In this document: one piece after another, positions 1 to 13,300 of the stretch
Layout of the letters: the number at the start of each line of letters is the position of its first letter
Position numbering within the stretch: the stretch's first letter is position 1
DNA from: a virus
Lineage: Duplodnaviria; Caudoviricetes
Direction: 5' to 3' (one strand)
Virus record (IMG/VR): IMGVR_UViG_3300009031_000221
Location: 64,001 to 128,000 of that record
Length of the DNA: 64,000 nucleotides
Program-made: the position numbers and the translations under genes
Notes under the pieces: model-generated
Told to the model about the DNA's origin: nothing
The model's input: only the letters and a program-made list of their open reading frames with translations
Databases searched by the model: none

Positions 1-222
1 CTCTATGATATCGTAAGGCCCCGATCCATTTGCATAAATGATAGCGGGTGTTGCCAACCCACCTTGAGGCAGAAAGAATTCATCGTTGACCATAATACGG
101 ACGGTCCCACCATTAGCGACAGGCTGGCGGCACTGCAATGAACAACGATCATCCCCAAGAGGGACAACCTCCTCCATTGTCAAATGAGGGCAAGACCAAG
201 CAAGTTGCATATCCTTTGACAC
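1..222 (-). CDS. Hypothetical virion (probably baseplate-region) protein, N-terminal part; runs off the window edge
   Basis: Not in the ORF track. Manual translation from GTG at 222 (GGGAGG Shine-Dalgarno upstream) gives 74 open codons, MSKDMQLAWSCPHLTMEEVV...NGSGPYDIIE, continuing the minus-strand operon. Confidence 0.75.
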   Translation of the reverse strand, partial: MSKDMQLAWSCPHLTMEEVVPLGDDRCSLQCRQPVANGGTVRIMVNDEFFLPQGGLATPAIIYANGSGPYDIIE

Positions 223-266
223 AGATGACCTCCCACATGGCGTTGCCCTATAGGCGAGGCACCGTA

Positions 267-1145
267 CTAGATGCCCAATTCCACCATGAAGTCCTCAGGG
301 ACATCCGGGAGAACGAATGCCAAATACGCATCATCCCTCATCCGGGGTGCAATGATATCCCCTAAGTCATCAACCTTGTAGATCAATCCTTCCATGTCCC
401 GAATCATATTCTGAACCATGAGATTCTTGTCAAATCGTTCCTCATCCAAGGGGGCAACACCGAATAGCGCCCCGCCAAATGCCTGTACAAGCACTACGTC
501 TCGTTCATGGACTAATTGTTCCCTCAAATCGCACTGCTTGATGATTCGGGCTTCTAGATCCGATAACCGTTCCTTGATGTCCTGATTTGTCCAATCCCGA
601 ATCTGATGCATCGACTTCACAACGGCATTGTAGTCATATGAACCAGGGCTGATTCGCCCGCCTTGGCGGGCAGGAAAATAACGATGCGTCCTCGGCATAC
701 CGCCTGGAAAAGCGCCATATCCAGTGTCCGTAGCACTCACATACGGTTCATTTGGTTCCGCAGACCGAGGGGCTATCAAACCATCAAAGGGGTATTGGCT
801 GACGCTAACCGTATTGCCCTCATCATCAACATCGATATCGGTGCTTTGGGGATGCATAAAGGAGGATATGTCAAGAGGATTCCCCCCTTGTGCAACATAA
901 GCCTGAACCAACCGTTCCAATGTAGATCCCGCAGTAACCGAAATACCCAAGCGATCTTCAGAACGCTCGGTGCTACCCGCAGAATCCAGTCCCTGATAGA
1001 ACACCTTGATGAATCCAATACGGGACACTTCGGCATTGATAGTTGCCACACGGGCGGCTACCCCACGACGATTGTTGAGCACCCAACCAGAGAATGCACG
1101 AAAGTATCCAACCGGCCACACACCCATCCTGCTAAATGTACTCAT
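267..1145 (-). CDS. Hypothetical protein in tail/baseplate operon
   Basis: 292-aa ORF tightly packed and co-oriented with the structural genes; C-terminal coiled-coil-like segment. Confidence 0.7.
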   Translation of the reverse strand: MSTFSRMGVWPVGYFRAFSGWVLNNRRGVAARVATINAEVSRIGFIKVFYQGLDSAGSTERSEDRLGISVTAGSTLERLVQAYVAQGGNPLDISSFMHPQSTDIDVDDEGNTVSVSQYPFDGLIAPRSAEPNEPYVSATDTGYGAFPGGMPRTHRYFPARQGGRISPGSYDYNAVVKSMHQIRDWTNQDIKERLSDLEARIIKQCDLREQLVHERDVVLVQAFGGALFGVAPLDEERFDKNLMVQNMIRDMEGLIYKVDDLGDIIAPRMRDDAYLAFVLPDVPEDFMVELGI

Positions 1146-1153
1146 CGTGACTC

Positions 1154-4096
1154 CTACAACGTATCTGGAGGGGTGTCCCCTACTGGAGGTGGGGGCGGCG
1201 GCAAATCTTCAATGCCAACGGCATCGGGGATCGCGGGCTTCGCCAGAGCCAATTTCCCTGGACCCGGAGGGCCGTCCTGTGCCTTGATCATGGCCTGAAC
1301 AATGTCCATGGCGAGGGCGGGCCCGAACGGAATAACTACTGCGATACCTGCCCCATAAGCCAACGGGCTATCATTGGGCTTAAGCTTAGCTGCAACCAAG
1401 TCCCCTACAACGCCCTGCGTACCGTTAGATACCATCGTCAGGAACGCACACTTCGGGATCTGGAATGCAAACCCCAATATATTCTGAAGTAGGCTATTGA
1501 TTCTCCTAATCAAACCCTGGAGTTCAATGATTCGCCCCTCGATGAACTCGATATACCGTTTGATGGTGTCCACAATAGACTTGATGGACTTCTCCAGTGC
1601 TTGCAACCAGTTGTTGATAGTGGAAAAGAAATCGTCCAATGAAGGGAATATGTCTAGCAATCGCAATGCAATCCAGTCCCCCTTCTTCTTCCGAATCGCG
1701 GAAGCGGCGATGCTCAAAGCCAGTTCGGTTTCATGCATCAGCTGTCCGCCATTAGCCTCCGTCAATAACCCGCGACAGTAGAATATCCCGGCATTCACAC
1801 TAGGGTTGAAGGGTTCACTTGAATCTATAGTGGTTAACAGTCCATTGTTCAAGAAGAACACAGGGGACAAATCAGCGGATCCCGTAATTCTTCTGCGAGT
1901 AGCCAGGACTTCCAAGGGCCTCGAGAAATCAATCGGCACTACAATATCCCCGGTATCAGCATCTATCCAGCGTTCATAGAATAGACGCATCCCTTTCGTA
2001 AGCGTTGCTAGGAAACCTGCTACTTCCGCAGCAGGGATTGTCATTTTATCGCTAACCCCCAACCCAAGCCCTCCATTGGACATCTCCATCATCTGGGGCT
2101 TACGATTTTGGATCAGATCAGGCACGTAAAACCATTCCTGTACGATATCTTCTTTAATTCCCATGCTGTAAATGTTAGATGCAATCCCGCTATCGGGATG
2201 CCCGCCAGCCCAAGTACTAGGGTCAATGCTTTGAATTAGCGTCGCCGTATCAAACCCGATAGGAGTTTCAACAGTACCCTGAGGAAGAGCTTTCCCTGTA
2301 TGTGTGTCCTTGAAAATGTCCTGCCATGTAACCTTGCGAAGATATTGGGTTTGATCCACGACAATCTTCTCAAGCTGGGCGTTTGCACCAGTCATGTTGT
2401 AAATGTTGTGCGCCACTCGATCAATACTGGTCATGAGATTCTTACGAAATACCTGTGGGTTGCCCGGGCCGTCCACTTGTTCGATCGTCTTCCGGTAATC
2501 ATCCAGAACCAGACTTGCTAGGTAAGCCATGGATTCCAATCCGCAACGTTCCATTGCTTTCTGGTCCAGCACTAACGTGCCTTTCGCAATCATCTGCTTC
2601 TGCATTTGCGAATAACTAGCATCATTTGGATCGTACACATCCAAATCCGGGCGAACCAATACCAACACCAACAGCGCCGTCTTGAGGGCGTCTAAATATG
2701 CCTTGGTGTTTGCGCCTGGGAATGCCACCCGAATAGGCCGTGACCAGGCCCCTATCATCGTATCCTCTAGCCCGAAGGGGTCTGCTTCAACATAAGGCTT
2801 GCCCCCTTTGGCATCCGGGGATTCAAATGTATACGTCACCTTCTGAGCGTAAGCCTCTTTGGATATTGCTGCCACACGAACATACGCAGTCGTTGCAATT
2901 TCAATATTCTTCGGGAGAATTTGACCGTCCGTTCCGGTCTCCCAAGTGCAGTTGTAGGGCATATCCTCCGCTTTCATGACGTACCCATACTCTCCCGATG
3001 CCCAAGACGCCCACTTCTCCGTTGATGGAACGTAGAAAGTCCGCTGCATTAGATGCCGAAGTTTCCCATTCGAATCCTTTGCGGTCAAATACTCCAAAGG
3101 AATAATCCCGTCATCCCCGGATACCTTCTGTGCATAGATCCGTGTCACGCCGTTGGATACATTACCGTTTTTGTCTAATGACATGGCATAACCCAAATTA
3201 ACAGGAATCAGGTTATCCTCAGGAATCATATCGGCGCCCCCATACAGAATCATAGGGGTTCCCAGGTCATGGGATCGTACATGCCCATAATCACGGGGTT
3301 GGACTACTAATGTTGGATCCTTCGCACTGGGATCCAGGGATGTATCGGATTTAGGAGCGTCATACATGACCTTCAATCCGTCCTCTACTGTGGACACCGT
3401 AACGATGAATCCTCCAGGGGGCAAAGGAGGTAAAGGGTTGCTGGGATTCTTCTGTGCCGTGGAACTCAATGACCAAGTAAACTTAGCTACCCCAGGAGGG
3501 ACAGATGAAAGATGGTACAATTCTGTCAAGGACTTAGGGTGTGTGATATCTACCGCATCCGTCCCGTATTTCACACTGGACAGCACTGCCGTGGGTTGTG
3601 ACCCCTTATCCGTTACGGATTGGTTGAAAAATCGCATGAGCTTCTTGACAAACAATATAAGCTGCTGAATCTCTGAAACATCTACAGACAGGTAGAAGAA
3701 CATTGACAGAACTTTGGTGTTGGCAGATACATTCGGACGAGTTGGATCCGTTATGTCCGTCAATCGGGCAATCATCCTGCGTTGGTACTCCTGAAAACCT
3801 CCTTGAAGATCATCATAGGGCCATTCCAGTAGCTTCCAATCCCCCGTGATGTAAATACCAAGCTGCCGCAAATCGGAAATAAGGCTGCGTACTTCCTGAA
3901 CGATTGCATGGACAATAGCGGCAATGGGATCCAAATAACCCACCAGGAAGGTCTTCACGAAGTCCAAGGCAGTAAGTGCAATGTCCAATACAGCAACAAG
4001 GAACTCAGCGGTCGTGTTGATCTTGTCCCGTGTAGACTCCAGAAAGTCCGGAACCTCAAATGTAACCGTGCCCCATTGATTGAATTGCTCTGCCAT
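1154..4096 (-). CDS. Large hypothetical virion protein with helical N- and C-terminal regions
   Basis: 980-aa ORF; start overlaps the stop of the upstream gene; amphipathic helices at both ends and a Pro-rich tail. Confidence 0.7.
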   Translation of the reverse strand: MAEQFNQWGTVTFEVPDFLESTRDKINTTAEFLVAVLDIALTALDFVKTFLVGYLDPIAAIVHAIVQEVRSLISDLRQLGIYITGDWKLLEWPYDDLQGGFQEYQRRMIARLTDITDPTRPNVSANTKVLSMFFYLSVDVSEIQQLILFVKKLMRFFNQSVTDKGSQPTAVLSSVKYGTDAVDITHPKSLTELYHLSSVPPGVAKFTWSLSSTAQKNPSNPLPPLPPGGFIVTVSTVEDGLKVMYDAPKSDTSLDPSAKDPTLVVQPRDYGHVRSHDLGTPMILYGGADMIPEDNLIPVNLGYAMSLDKNGNVSNGVTRIYAQKVSGDDGIIPLEYLTAKDSNGKLRHLMQRTFYVPSTEKWASWASGEYGYVMKAEDMPYNCTWETGTDGQILPKNIEIATTAYVRVAAISKEAYAQKVTYTFESPDAKGGKPYVEADPFGLEDTMIGAWSRPIRVAFPGANTKAYLDALKTALLVLVLVRPDLDVYDPNDASYSQMQKQMIAKGTLVLDQKAMERCGLESMAYLASLVLDDYRKTIEQVDGPGNPQVFRKNLMTSIDRVAHNIYNMTGANAQLEKIVVDQTQYLRKVTWQDIFKDTHTGKALPQGTVETPIGFDTATLIQSIDPSTWAGGHPDSGIASNIYSMGIKEDIVQEWFYVPDLIQNRKPQMMEMSNGGLGLGVSDKMTIPAAEVAGFLATLTKGMRLFYERWIDADTGDIVVPIDFSRPLEVLATRRRITGSADLSPVFFLNNGLLTTIDSSEPFNPSVNAGIFYCRGLLTEANGGQLMHETELALSIAASAIRKKKGDWIALRLLDIFPSLDDFFSTINNWLQALEKSIKSIVDTIKRYIEFIEGRIIELQGLIRRINSLLQNILGFAFQIPKCAFLTMVSNGTQGVVGDLVAAKLKPNDSPLAYGAGIAVVIPFGPALAMDIVQAMIKAQDGPPGPGKLALAKPAIPDAVGIEDLPPPPPPVGDTPPDTL

Positions 4097-4323
4097 TATG
4101 AACCCCCGCCATGCTCAAGCCGTGCCATCTGTTCATACAGCAACCCCACCGCACGCTGATCATTCTCCACAAGCCCTTCAAGAGCCGTGCGAAGCCGGAT
4201 GAGGGCATCCCTCTGCCGATTGACCCCCGCCATTTCTACATCTCCGCCCTCAGTAACACCCCATGATCCAAGGTCTACACCAAGTTCATCCAATTCCGCC
4301 ATAATTTCTTCAGGTGTTTTCAT
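4096..4323 (-). CDS. Small coiled-coil hypothetical protein
   Basis: 75 aa; start/stop overlaps with both neighbours (translational coupling). Confidence 0.7.
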   Translation of the reverse strand: MKTPEEIMAELDELGVDLGSWGVTEGGDVEMAGVNRQRDALIRLRTALEGLVENDQRAVGLLYEQMARLEHGGGS

Positions 4324-7300
4324 ACGTCACTCACGGAGTTGTTCAACGCTACAATATTCTTTTGTGCATCCAACCGATTAGGGATGTCCGCTTCCAACCG
4401 ATTGATAGCGGCTAGCGTGCCTTGAACCTGATGGGTTCTATAGGACAGCCACACATACCTTACCTGCCGGAACTTGTCTCGGCTGTTCAGAACATCATCA
4501 ATTCGTTCAGGCAATACGGGGAGTATCGTAGATCCTGCAACATCCGTAAATGCCGTGTAGGATGTGTCTCCAGGCATGGAAGTCCTCATGCCGCCTACGG
4601 AAGTCACATTCGCCGTAAGGGAATCCAGGCGAGTATCGTGGATCCACACACGACGATCCATCAAGGATAAACATGCTGAATTGTTTGCGTAAGGCACAAT
4701 ATCCATACGCCCGCCAACTGCCTCAATGTAGAGGTTAGAAGGCACACCCAACCCCAAATCCGGGTCAGTTGGGCTTCCCAATTCCTTGATGTGTTCATCC
4801 CGTTGGAAAATGAAGTAGGATCCACTCTTGGTTCCCTTCATCGCCCTTTGCAAAAGTTCAATCAAGGACAACATTCGTTCACGCATCATCAGCACCAAGT
4901 CAATGGCGACATCCGAGAACAACTTGGATGGACGAATGACGTGATAAGAGAATGGGCGAATCGAATGACCCAGGAAACTGTCCGTCCGTACCTTGAATGA
5001 CTTGGTAACGGCATCTCGCTTCAAGGTCGGCCGCAAAGCCATCTGTGATTCATATGCCGGATTGATAACCGGATAAGGTACCTTCTTGAGGCGGGAATCC
5101 GTAATCGTCGGATAGACCGCATAGGCGTGCGCTGTGTCCCCAAACAGTACCGGAGTAGCTTCTCCCCCCGCATATGTATTGATGGGATCTACCAGCAAGT
5201 AGGGCGGGGAAGCCGAATCCACAACCTGCTTGACCCGATAGAATCCTCGGTTGTCATCCACAAGGCTGGGGGTACCTGCTACATAAACTCCCGCGGCTAC
5301 CCGAACAGGAACGCCCTCATCCCCAAGAGGGCGTGTCCCCTTTTCAGGGACAACAGGCATGCCCCCATCCTGTGGGATTGTTCCCGCTGGATCGATGATG
5401 ATGATGTCACCCTTCTGAACCCCAAGCTTCGCAAACGTATTGCCGCTACCGGATGCATTGAGGTCATCACAAAGCCGATTGACGGCATTGGCATAAGTTG
5501 TAACTCCTGTAATGTCCGGAACATATCCGCCGGCTTGAGTTACCCAATTAGCTTCCGTGCGGCAAACTGCCCTCTCAGTAATGAGTTCTAGCAACTCTTC
5601 GCAGGACTGTTCATGTGGCACAGGCGCCCGCTTAAGGAATACCTCGAACCGGAATCCAACCGGGTTGTTTACACGAAGACCTGGAGACGCCAAAATGATT
5701 GTTTGACCATCTTGAACCGATTCAACCCTAACCTCTTCCTGCACAACCCCATGTTCATCCAATAACCTGAACAAGTCCCCTGGATGAATGTTCACATCAC
5801 CATTGTCAAATCCGCCAAGGTTTGTACCGGCATAAACCTTGCCATCATTCCACACATCCGGAGCCAGGGGGAATCCTGGATGCGCCGTGTTCCAATTCAT
5901 CGTGAAATTGGCAGTGACATTGCCGTTTTGTTTATCCCCAATGGTATAGCCTGATATGATCCCACGCCGAATCTCGTAAGCAAATCGCAATGGTGCAAGA
6001 TTCTGATCCGCGATATTCAGTACGTCATGGAACCTACGGATACGACGTACCTCGAAGGTAACCTCATCAGGATTAGGAACTACTACAGGCGTGTAGTATT
6101 CTTGAGAATCCCGCATCCCAATATCCCGATGCCAATCCGACATAATCGAAGGATTCGGGAAAGAATGCGTTGCATCTACAATATGTTCGTAGATCGCAGT
6201 AAGAGACATGGAAGAACGTGGGAACGTCGGCTCCAGGAATACGCCCGCCTGAGCATTGAATCCGGGATTAATCGAATCCCCCAAATTCAACAACGTGCCA
6301 GGAAGCACACAATCTACTGCAGACACACCAAATCCGGCGGAAGCTGGGGGGATATTCAATGCCTCCCACTGAGCGTGCGTTACTTCCCGAACGTCCAAAG
6401 TCCTCACAACCCAATCATAAATTGCCCTTGCTGGGTCAGACTGGAAAGTAAATGCATTCGCTACCACCCCTGGGATAGGTACGACGCATTGTGCTACAGG
6501 AACCTTGCGAATACCGGGGACGGCAAAGTCATTCCCCATAAATTGCAACGATGAAGCAGCACTCAATGGTGCCGGAGGAATCAAGTCCAACTGATGGAAA
6601 CCGTAGATAGATCCATCTGCAGGGTGAGGGCCTGGAATGCTGTCCGTATCCAACCCAACGCAATTATTGCTAGGCAGATCCGTTCCAGTGACATTGATAG
6701 GCCAGTAGGTCATCCCAGACACGGGATAAGGGCCCCCGGCTTCCACCAGGGCTTTGAAGTCTGCCGCCGTGATTGGGTTGCCGAATGCGTCCTGATAATC
6801 CGTCAAGGTCAATACGCCCGTGTCCCCCAACCCTAATGCGATAGCTGTGTACCTTGCACTGATTACTGATGTCCGATATACAGCAGCATCCGAGGATGCC
6901 AAATTGGTAATGCTACGCACAGCATAAATCCGTGTTGCGGGACCAACTGCAGGGAATCCTCCAGGAATACCCCCAACCGCGGGGCCGCCTTCTGCCGGCG
7001 CAACATCCGATATGGTCAACGTGTTCGTTCCGTCTACGAAGCTGACAATCGTAGGGAAATGCAAGGGGCACCACCCATCCTCGTTCCCCGCCACCGTAGA
7101 AGGATGTGCCCAGTAACTTGAACCCCCGCCATGGGGGTCTACCGCATGTCGTACAAGGTAAGTGCCAGCCTGATGTGTTGCAGGATGCGCCACATTTGCG
7201 GACTCCTTAATGACAAGAATATCCCCAGGTTCGACATATAATGCTAGCCCGTCCGACACCGAAATATCTGTTACTCGATTGTCATATTTGGCACGTTCCA

Positions 7301-10300
7301 AAACCGTCAAGTCTGCATTGAACCGGCTTGCAGTCTTGCCAGTACCTGTAAGGATATGGCTTACGGTCAAATCCGTCAGTTCATTTGATGGAATCGCAGA
7401 GAACGTTACTCCCGTTCCCGTGATAGTCTGATTGCCCGCAATATCCGAATGCCCCTCGAAGGCCATGGCCTTGATAACACCCCTCTCCGTTACCGCACCT
7501 ACTCGAGGGGCAAAGTACCCCACAGTATTCGCATCCATACGCGGAACGAATGTCAATGGGATAGGATCAGGTCCATTCATGCCGTTGATGTAATTGTTGA
7601 TCGTTGACGTGACGGCAATACCTGCAGTTTGACCAACCGTAATCCCTGTGATAGACAACTTGGTTTCCAAATCCATGCTCGACTGCGGATGAACAAATCG
7701 ACGCTGCTTGGCAAAACTCAAGTCACACACCTCATTGAACGTAAGGCGGTCATCCGAAATCCATGCCGTGGTGGATTGACCCGAACGAGTGTCAATGTCA
7801 AATGTAAATTCAAGGCCATACAAGGTCGAATAGGTCGGCCCTGCCGCGACCACATGCGGCAAGAACCATTGCGCAGGCGTGCCCGGCCCTGGCCCCCATG
7901 GGATCTTCCCCACCCCAACCAGAGTGATTTGCCTATTTCCAGCACCCCCGAACACAGGGGCTACGCCCAGCCATCCCGTAATACCACCCTGGTAGTCCTC
8001 GACTTCCCACGCATTGTTACGGATACGGATAGTCAAAGCTACATTGCCGCCCGCACCCGCCCATGGGGATGGGTTTATTCCCGGCAACCCGTTCACGATA
8101 TCCAAATCCCGACGAGATATAATCTTGAGGGTCACGACATTCGACGCGCTAGCATTTACAATGTCATTGAGGCTCCCAACCCCAATCGTCTGCCCGTCAT
8201 TCAACGTGATGGTTGTAGAACCAAATTCCAATACCGTTGTATTCGCAACAGTATCCTCAATGATGTACACCCCCCGAGGAGGGGACAAATCTGCCTGAGG
8301 GTGGTCATGATAGGGCCCTTCCACAAACACCATAGCGTTCTGCAGGTAATAATTTACAGGGTCACCCGTCTGGTTTGATCCTAGAACCGGAGGCTTGGTC
8401 GCAGTGACAAACCTTGGGGGTTCAATCACGGATGGATTTCCTGCTGCGACAGCGCCTACCGTATGAATGCCAATTGCGCCAACCGTGCTGAATGGGTTTG
8501 GATTCGTCAATTGGCATAGGATGAGGTCATAAGGCCGAACGTTCCCTTCCCCGGGACCAAACCCTGGAGAAGTATTCATGGAGGTGTTCAATGATGCCGG
8601 AAGCGCCCCGACCGTCGTTACGACTTGCCCGTCATCTCCCAGAATCTCGTTCGGGTAAAGCGCATGGCTCAACCAACTGTCCGCTGTGAATATGGCGGAC
8701 AATCCAACGGCTGCCTGTGCAAACCGATCCATTTCAGTATTCCCTGTACGGATATACGGGATCTGATAGTCCCCAGAATCATCCTGAATTCCACCATTCA
8801 ATGCAGGAATCATCAGGGGTGTCAATGCGTCATAACCAAACGTAATCGTGCCTTCCAATGAAGACAACGGTTGTGGAGAGTTCTGTCCAAATATTTCCTT
8901 GAATGCAAAGAATGATCCATCAAGCGCGGATTTCATCGTGATATCTATCATGCTTCCGTCAGGCATGACCTTCACGTCAAACCCATCCCGATAGGTATCC
9001 AACCCCCCATTCATAGCCTGAAGGGTTGAAAATTCCGCAGGGTCAGGAGGAGGGGCACTAAATACTTCTGGCGAAGCCCCCACAAACAGCGTATCCCCTT
9101 GCTCCACAGGGAGAAGGGATGCCGTTGTATCCCCTGCCATGATGAATAGGGGGTTAGTGATTGAGGCCCCATCGGATGCTTGGAACCGAAGGACACAACC
9201 ATATTGCACGTCACGAACAAACACGCCCGTATACGTAGGCACCGAGTAAATGTCAATGGGGTCGCTACTATTGAATGCAGGATATATCGTGCCATCCGGT
9301 TTGCCCCATGTAATCTGATCACCGGGTTCAAATCCAGGAACTGCCAGGGCGGGGTCTCCTACAAGCGCGTCCTGAATCGTACCGCCCTGCGAGAGGAACT
9401 TGGCAATATCGGGATATCCTGTCTCAGGAAGGATTGGTATATCTCGCATCATCGCAGGAACAGCAATGATACAAGGATCCGTAATGGCGGCTGGGGGTGT
9501 CATAGGCCCAAATGCACCTGAAGGGATGCCATTCGGGAAGTAACCCCAAATACGGGCACGAGCACGCCGTTTGTGCAAGTCCGCCGCCTGAACGTGCGTA
9601 ATATTTCCAAGCACTGGATTATGTAGCTGTCCAATGGAACTTCCCGTCGTACGAGACTGTTTGCCACCTAATGTCCGACCCGCCGTATACACGCCCGCTT
9701 GCCCATTTGTAGGGTCATAGCCAATGCCCGGCAAGGTGCGAAGGAATGCCTTAGTGATAGTTGGAAACAATCGGGACATACGATGGGATTCCCACATCGG
9801 TTGAAACGTGCCCTTCGCCTTCATGTGGAAGAATGGAAAGGACGCATCAAATTCAAGATGCGTTGAACCAATCCCCGTGAGAACAACATCATCCACATCG
9901 TTGTGGATCAATCCCTTCTGCTGTGCCCCTAGTCGATAGAATGCCTCCGTATCAAGGAGGGTACCGTTTACTTCCCCATTCACAACCGTAAAGGTCGCAG
10001 GGTCTACCATCCAGTCCGAATCCAAACCAAAGTATTTGACACTCGGATTCGTTTCATTCACCACACCCGTCCATACATTGTAGGGTGTCATATAACCTGT
10101 AATGTCATCCTCATATCCAGGAGTTGGGTAATCCGCACCATGCCCTACTCGGAACCGGAACTTGCCATCCCTGTCCCCAATGAATCCCCCAGCAATGGTT
10201 TCTTCAACCTGCTCGAAGGCCACGATTACCGTGTTGAAGAAATCCAGGAATGTCCTAGCCGCACGGTCTTTGTCCAACAGGTGCCTACGTTCTCCCGTGA

Positions 10301-13300
10301 ATCCAAATCGTCCTTGCTGCCAATTCTTGGCACCCTCATGCGGAAATATCAATGACCCAGATGCGGGTTGCTTCGCAGCAATCTCTGCAAGGGCCTCTTG
10401 AACAGCCTCACCCAGGAATGATGTCAATGACACCGCCCTGAAATAAAATGCATCTGGACTCGAGTAGGTGTACGTTCCTACCAGTGTCCTATTCAGAAGC
10501 CCATTAGCTTCTGATGGAATCCCCTGAGATAGGTACTTCGCCTGGAATCGCGGGATGACCATGATCCCGTCCTTCATGTAAGGACGCAACGGATTGACCC
10601 GGGTGAATGCCATATCAATATGCTGACCGGGGATTAATCCATCAGGACTCAACAGGTGAATGGCACCTGTTGATGTATCCAACGTATAATCCAAGTCGGG
10701 AACCAAATCCCGACCAGGTTTACCTGGTTCGAACAGCAATAACCCAAACCCTTCCGACTCTAGGATACTTCCATCCCTACCATTGTGCGCCCAGTTCGCA
10801 TCCTGCGGCCCGATTCCAATGAGGTCAGTAGCAAACGGAGGGTATACAGGCCGGTAGGACAATTTGACGGTCGGGTTGTCTTCAACCGCGAAACCTCTCC
10901 AGAATATGGAAGTCACAGTAATGCTTGTACGACTGCCGTCCGCATCTATTGTCACATCCGCAATGGTGTAAGGTGTCCCCCCAATCTCCAGGATATGCCC
11001 AGCAACCGCAAACTTTGTCAAGTCGCCACGGAAGACCACAATGGATTGTCCACGACTAATGGGTTCAAATGGAAAACCCACTAGACTGAGCGCCGACATG
11101 AAACCCGCAGGCGCCGTTGTCGGCACGGGCGTCGTCCCGTCCGGGTCTACAACGGTTGTGATAGGTCCATAGGTGATAACCGTCACCACGTCGTTGCCTG
11201 GGGCACGACTGCCGACCTCATTGACCGTTGACGGGAAGATAGATATCGAGGTCACATCGCCCGTTCCCTGAGCATTCTGGGGGTAGTACTGCAAAGCCTT
11301 GACATAGAAGCAATCCTGCCCGATACGGAACATCTGTCCAGGAGCGAATTCGCTAACCCGGTTTCCACGGATACCAAATCGATTCTGACCCGCCTTGATA
11401 AAGAATGGGGGGCGGTACACAGGCTTGGTACTCACCTCAAATGCCCGTTCCCCGCCTAGCATGTCAAATACGGCATAGGTAATCGTGACAGGCACATAGT
11501 CAGGAACCGCATGGCTAACGAACGTGATGCGCCCTTGTCCCAATAGATCTGCAGGGTAATCTACCACGTAATCCAATTGCCCGAAGTTCTGCTGAATCGG
11601 CCCAATGTAGACCAAGGGCGGAATACTCTGGTCAATCGTATGCACCCGGCTTGCATTGAACAAATAGACATTCTGCAATGTCCGGGTCATGGTTTCATTG
11701 CGAACGAACACAGGCAGGAATTCAGTGATTTGATCCCCGGTCTTGCGACCCTCGAGATCCGCGGCCCAGTATGACGCTTCTACGGAGGACCCCTTCGACA
11801 ATGGAACATTCGGGGAGAATGCACCCAACATAGGATTGAGGGATACATCCTTACGATTCTCTGTAATGAGTTGTTCCACAAAATAAAGGGGTTTTCCTGC
11901 GTTCGCCGTTTGATCGGCATCCGATATATTCACAATGCCCGTATTGGGATCGTATTCCCCCTGACCAGCAGCTAATTCCGTCCCCAACTTGAAAAGTTCA
12001 ATGTAGTAAACCAAGGAACTTGCTTGCCCGGATAGCACAGAGGATCCGAATTTCAACCTCCCCCTCGGATCATCGATAGTCGCTGCAAGCAGGTATTCAA
12101 TCCCAGCGGGGTCAGCGCTGAAACTGAATACAGGAATCAAATCTACATTATTGACAAATACCTGTGTACCAACTCGAATTGAGAACTGTCCGTTATCCAA
12201 TCTCGATGTATCAGGCACCGTGAGTGTTCCGTTACCTATCTGTCCAAGTTCTAGCTGCTGAAGAGCGGTCAGTGCAACTTGGTTTGTCAATGAAGCGTTT
12301 TCCAAACCAAACCGCAGATTGAACTGCCTACCGTTAGCCAACGCGGCAGCCATGTCCGCCTTATACGAAGCCCCTATTGGTGAAAGCACCTTGATGACCA
12401 TCACTTCCTGAGGAAGGTGGTTGAACTCCTTGTAGCTCATGTCAGCTACAATGATAGGGGCGTACACGGAATCGGGATAACCCTCATGGAGATCCCAAGG
12501 CAAAAGGGATCCCGTAAACGTTGGCGTAGGGGATACCTGCAATGCTGTAGCATTAACAACGGACTCCACTTTATAGAAGTGTTCCGTGCCGTGCCCTATG
12601 GAAATAATATCCCCCACAGCGGCCACGGAGAAATCGGCATTGGCGTCCACAAAGAAGGGGCTTCCTGCTGTTGTCACACCCTGAGCCCCCTCCGTCAACT
12701 TACGAAGGAACCGCTGAATAAGCGTTGAAGTCCCTGGGATTCCTTCCTGTGGAAGGATGTAATCAACATCCCGTTGTAGGAGTGTCAAGGGTCCGCCATC
12801 TTTGGATACGTACAAACCCCCACCGATAGCGGTTTCCAAAGACTCCGGAGCAATCCCCGCGGCACCAAGGTTCAAAGTCACGGTCGCGTTGGTAACGGTG
12901 TTGACATCAAACCCTTCTTGCACCCAATCAAACTTCCGTTGCCCGAACCTGTAAATCACTTCCTGGTAATGGCTCAGGTTCTGATATGTCGTGACGGGAG
13001 TCTCGTTCACCGTTGATTCAGTCAACAATGCGAAGAACTCACCCTCATTGATGCCCGCTATGTCCTGGAGCGGAACCTTGTCGAGGAAATAGAATGGGTT
13101 TCCGGGCACACTGTCCGTAATGACTTGATAGTCCTGCGTCCGCTCCGTAGCCTGGAAATCAGATATGCCTTGTGACCCGTCCAAATCCAGAGGACTACGG
13201 TAAAGCCCCATGGATATACCGGAATCCGGAAGCCAGTTGTCTACACCACCGACCACCTTCCATCCAGGGACGAAACCTAGAGCGGTGGCCCCCGTGAAGT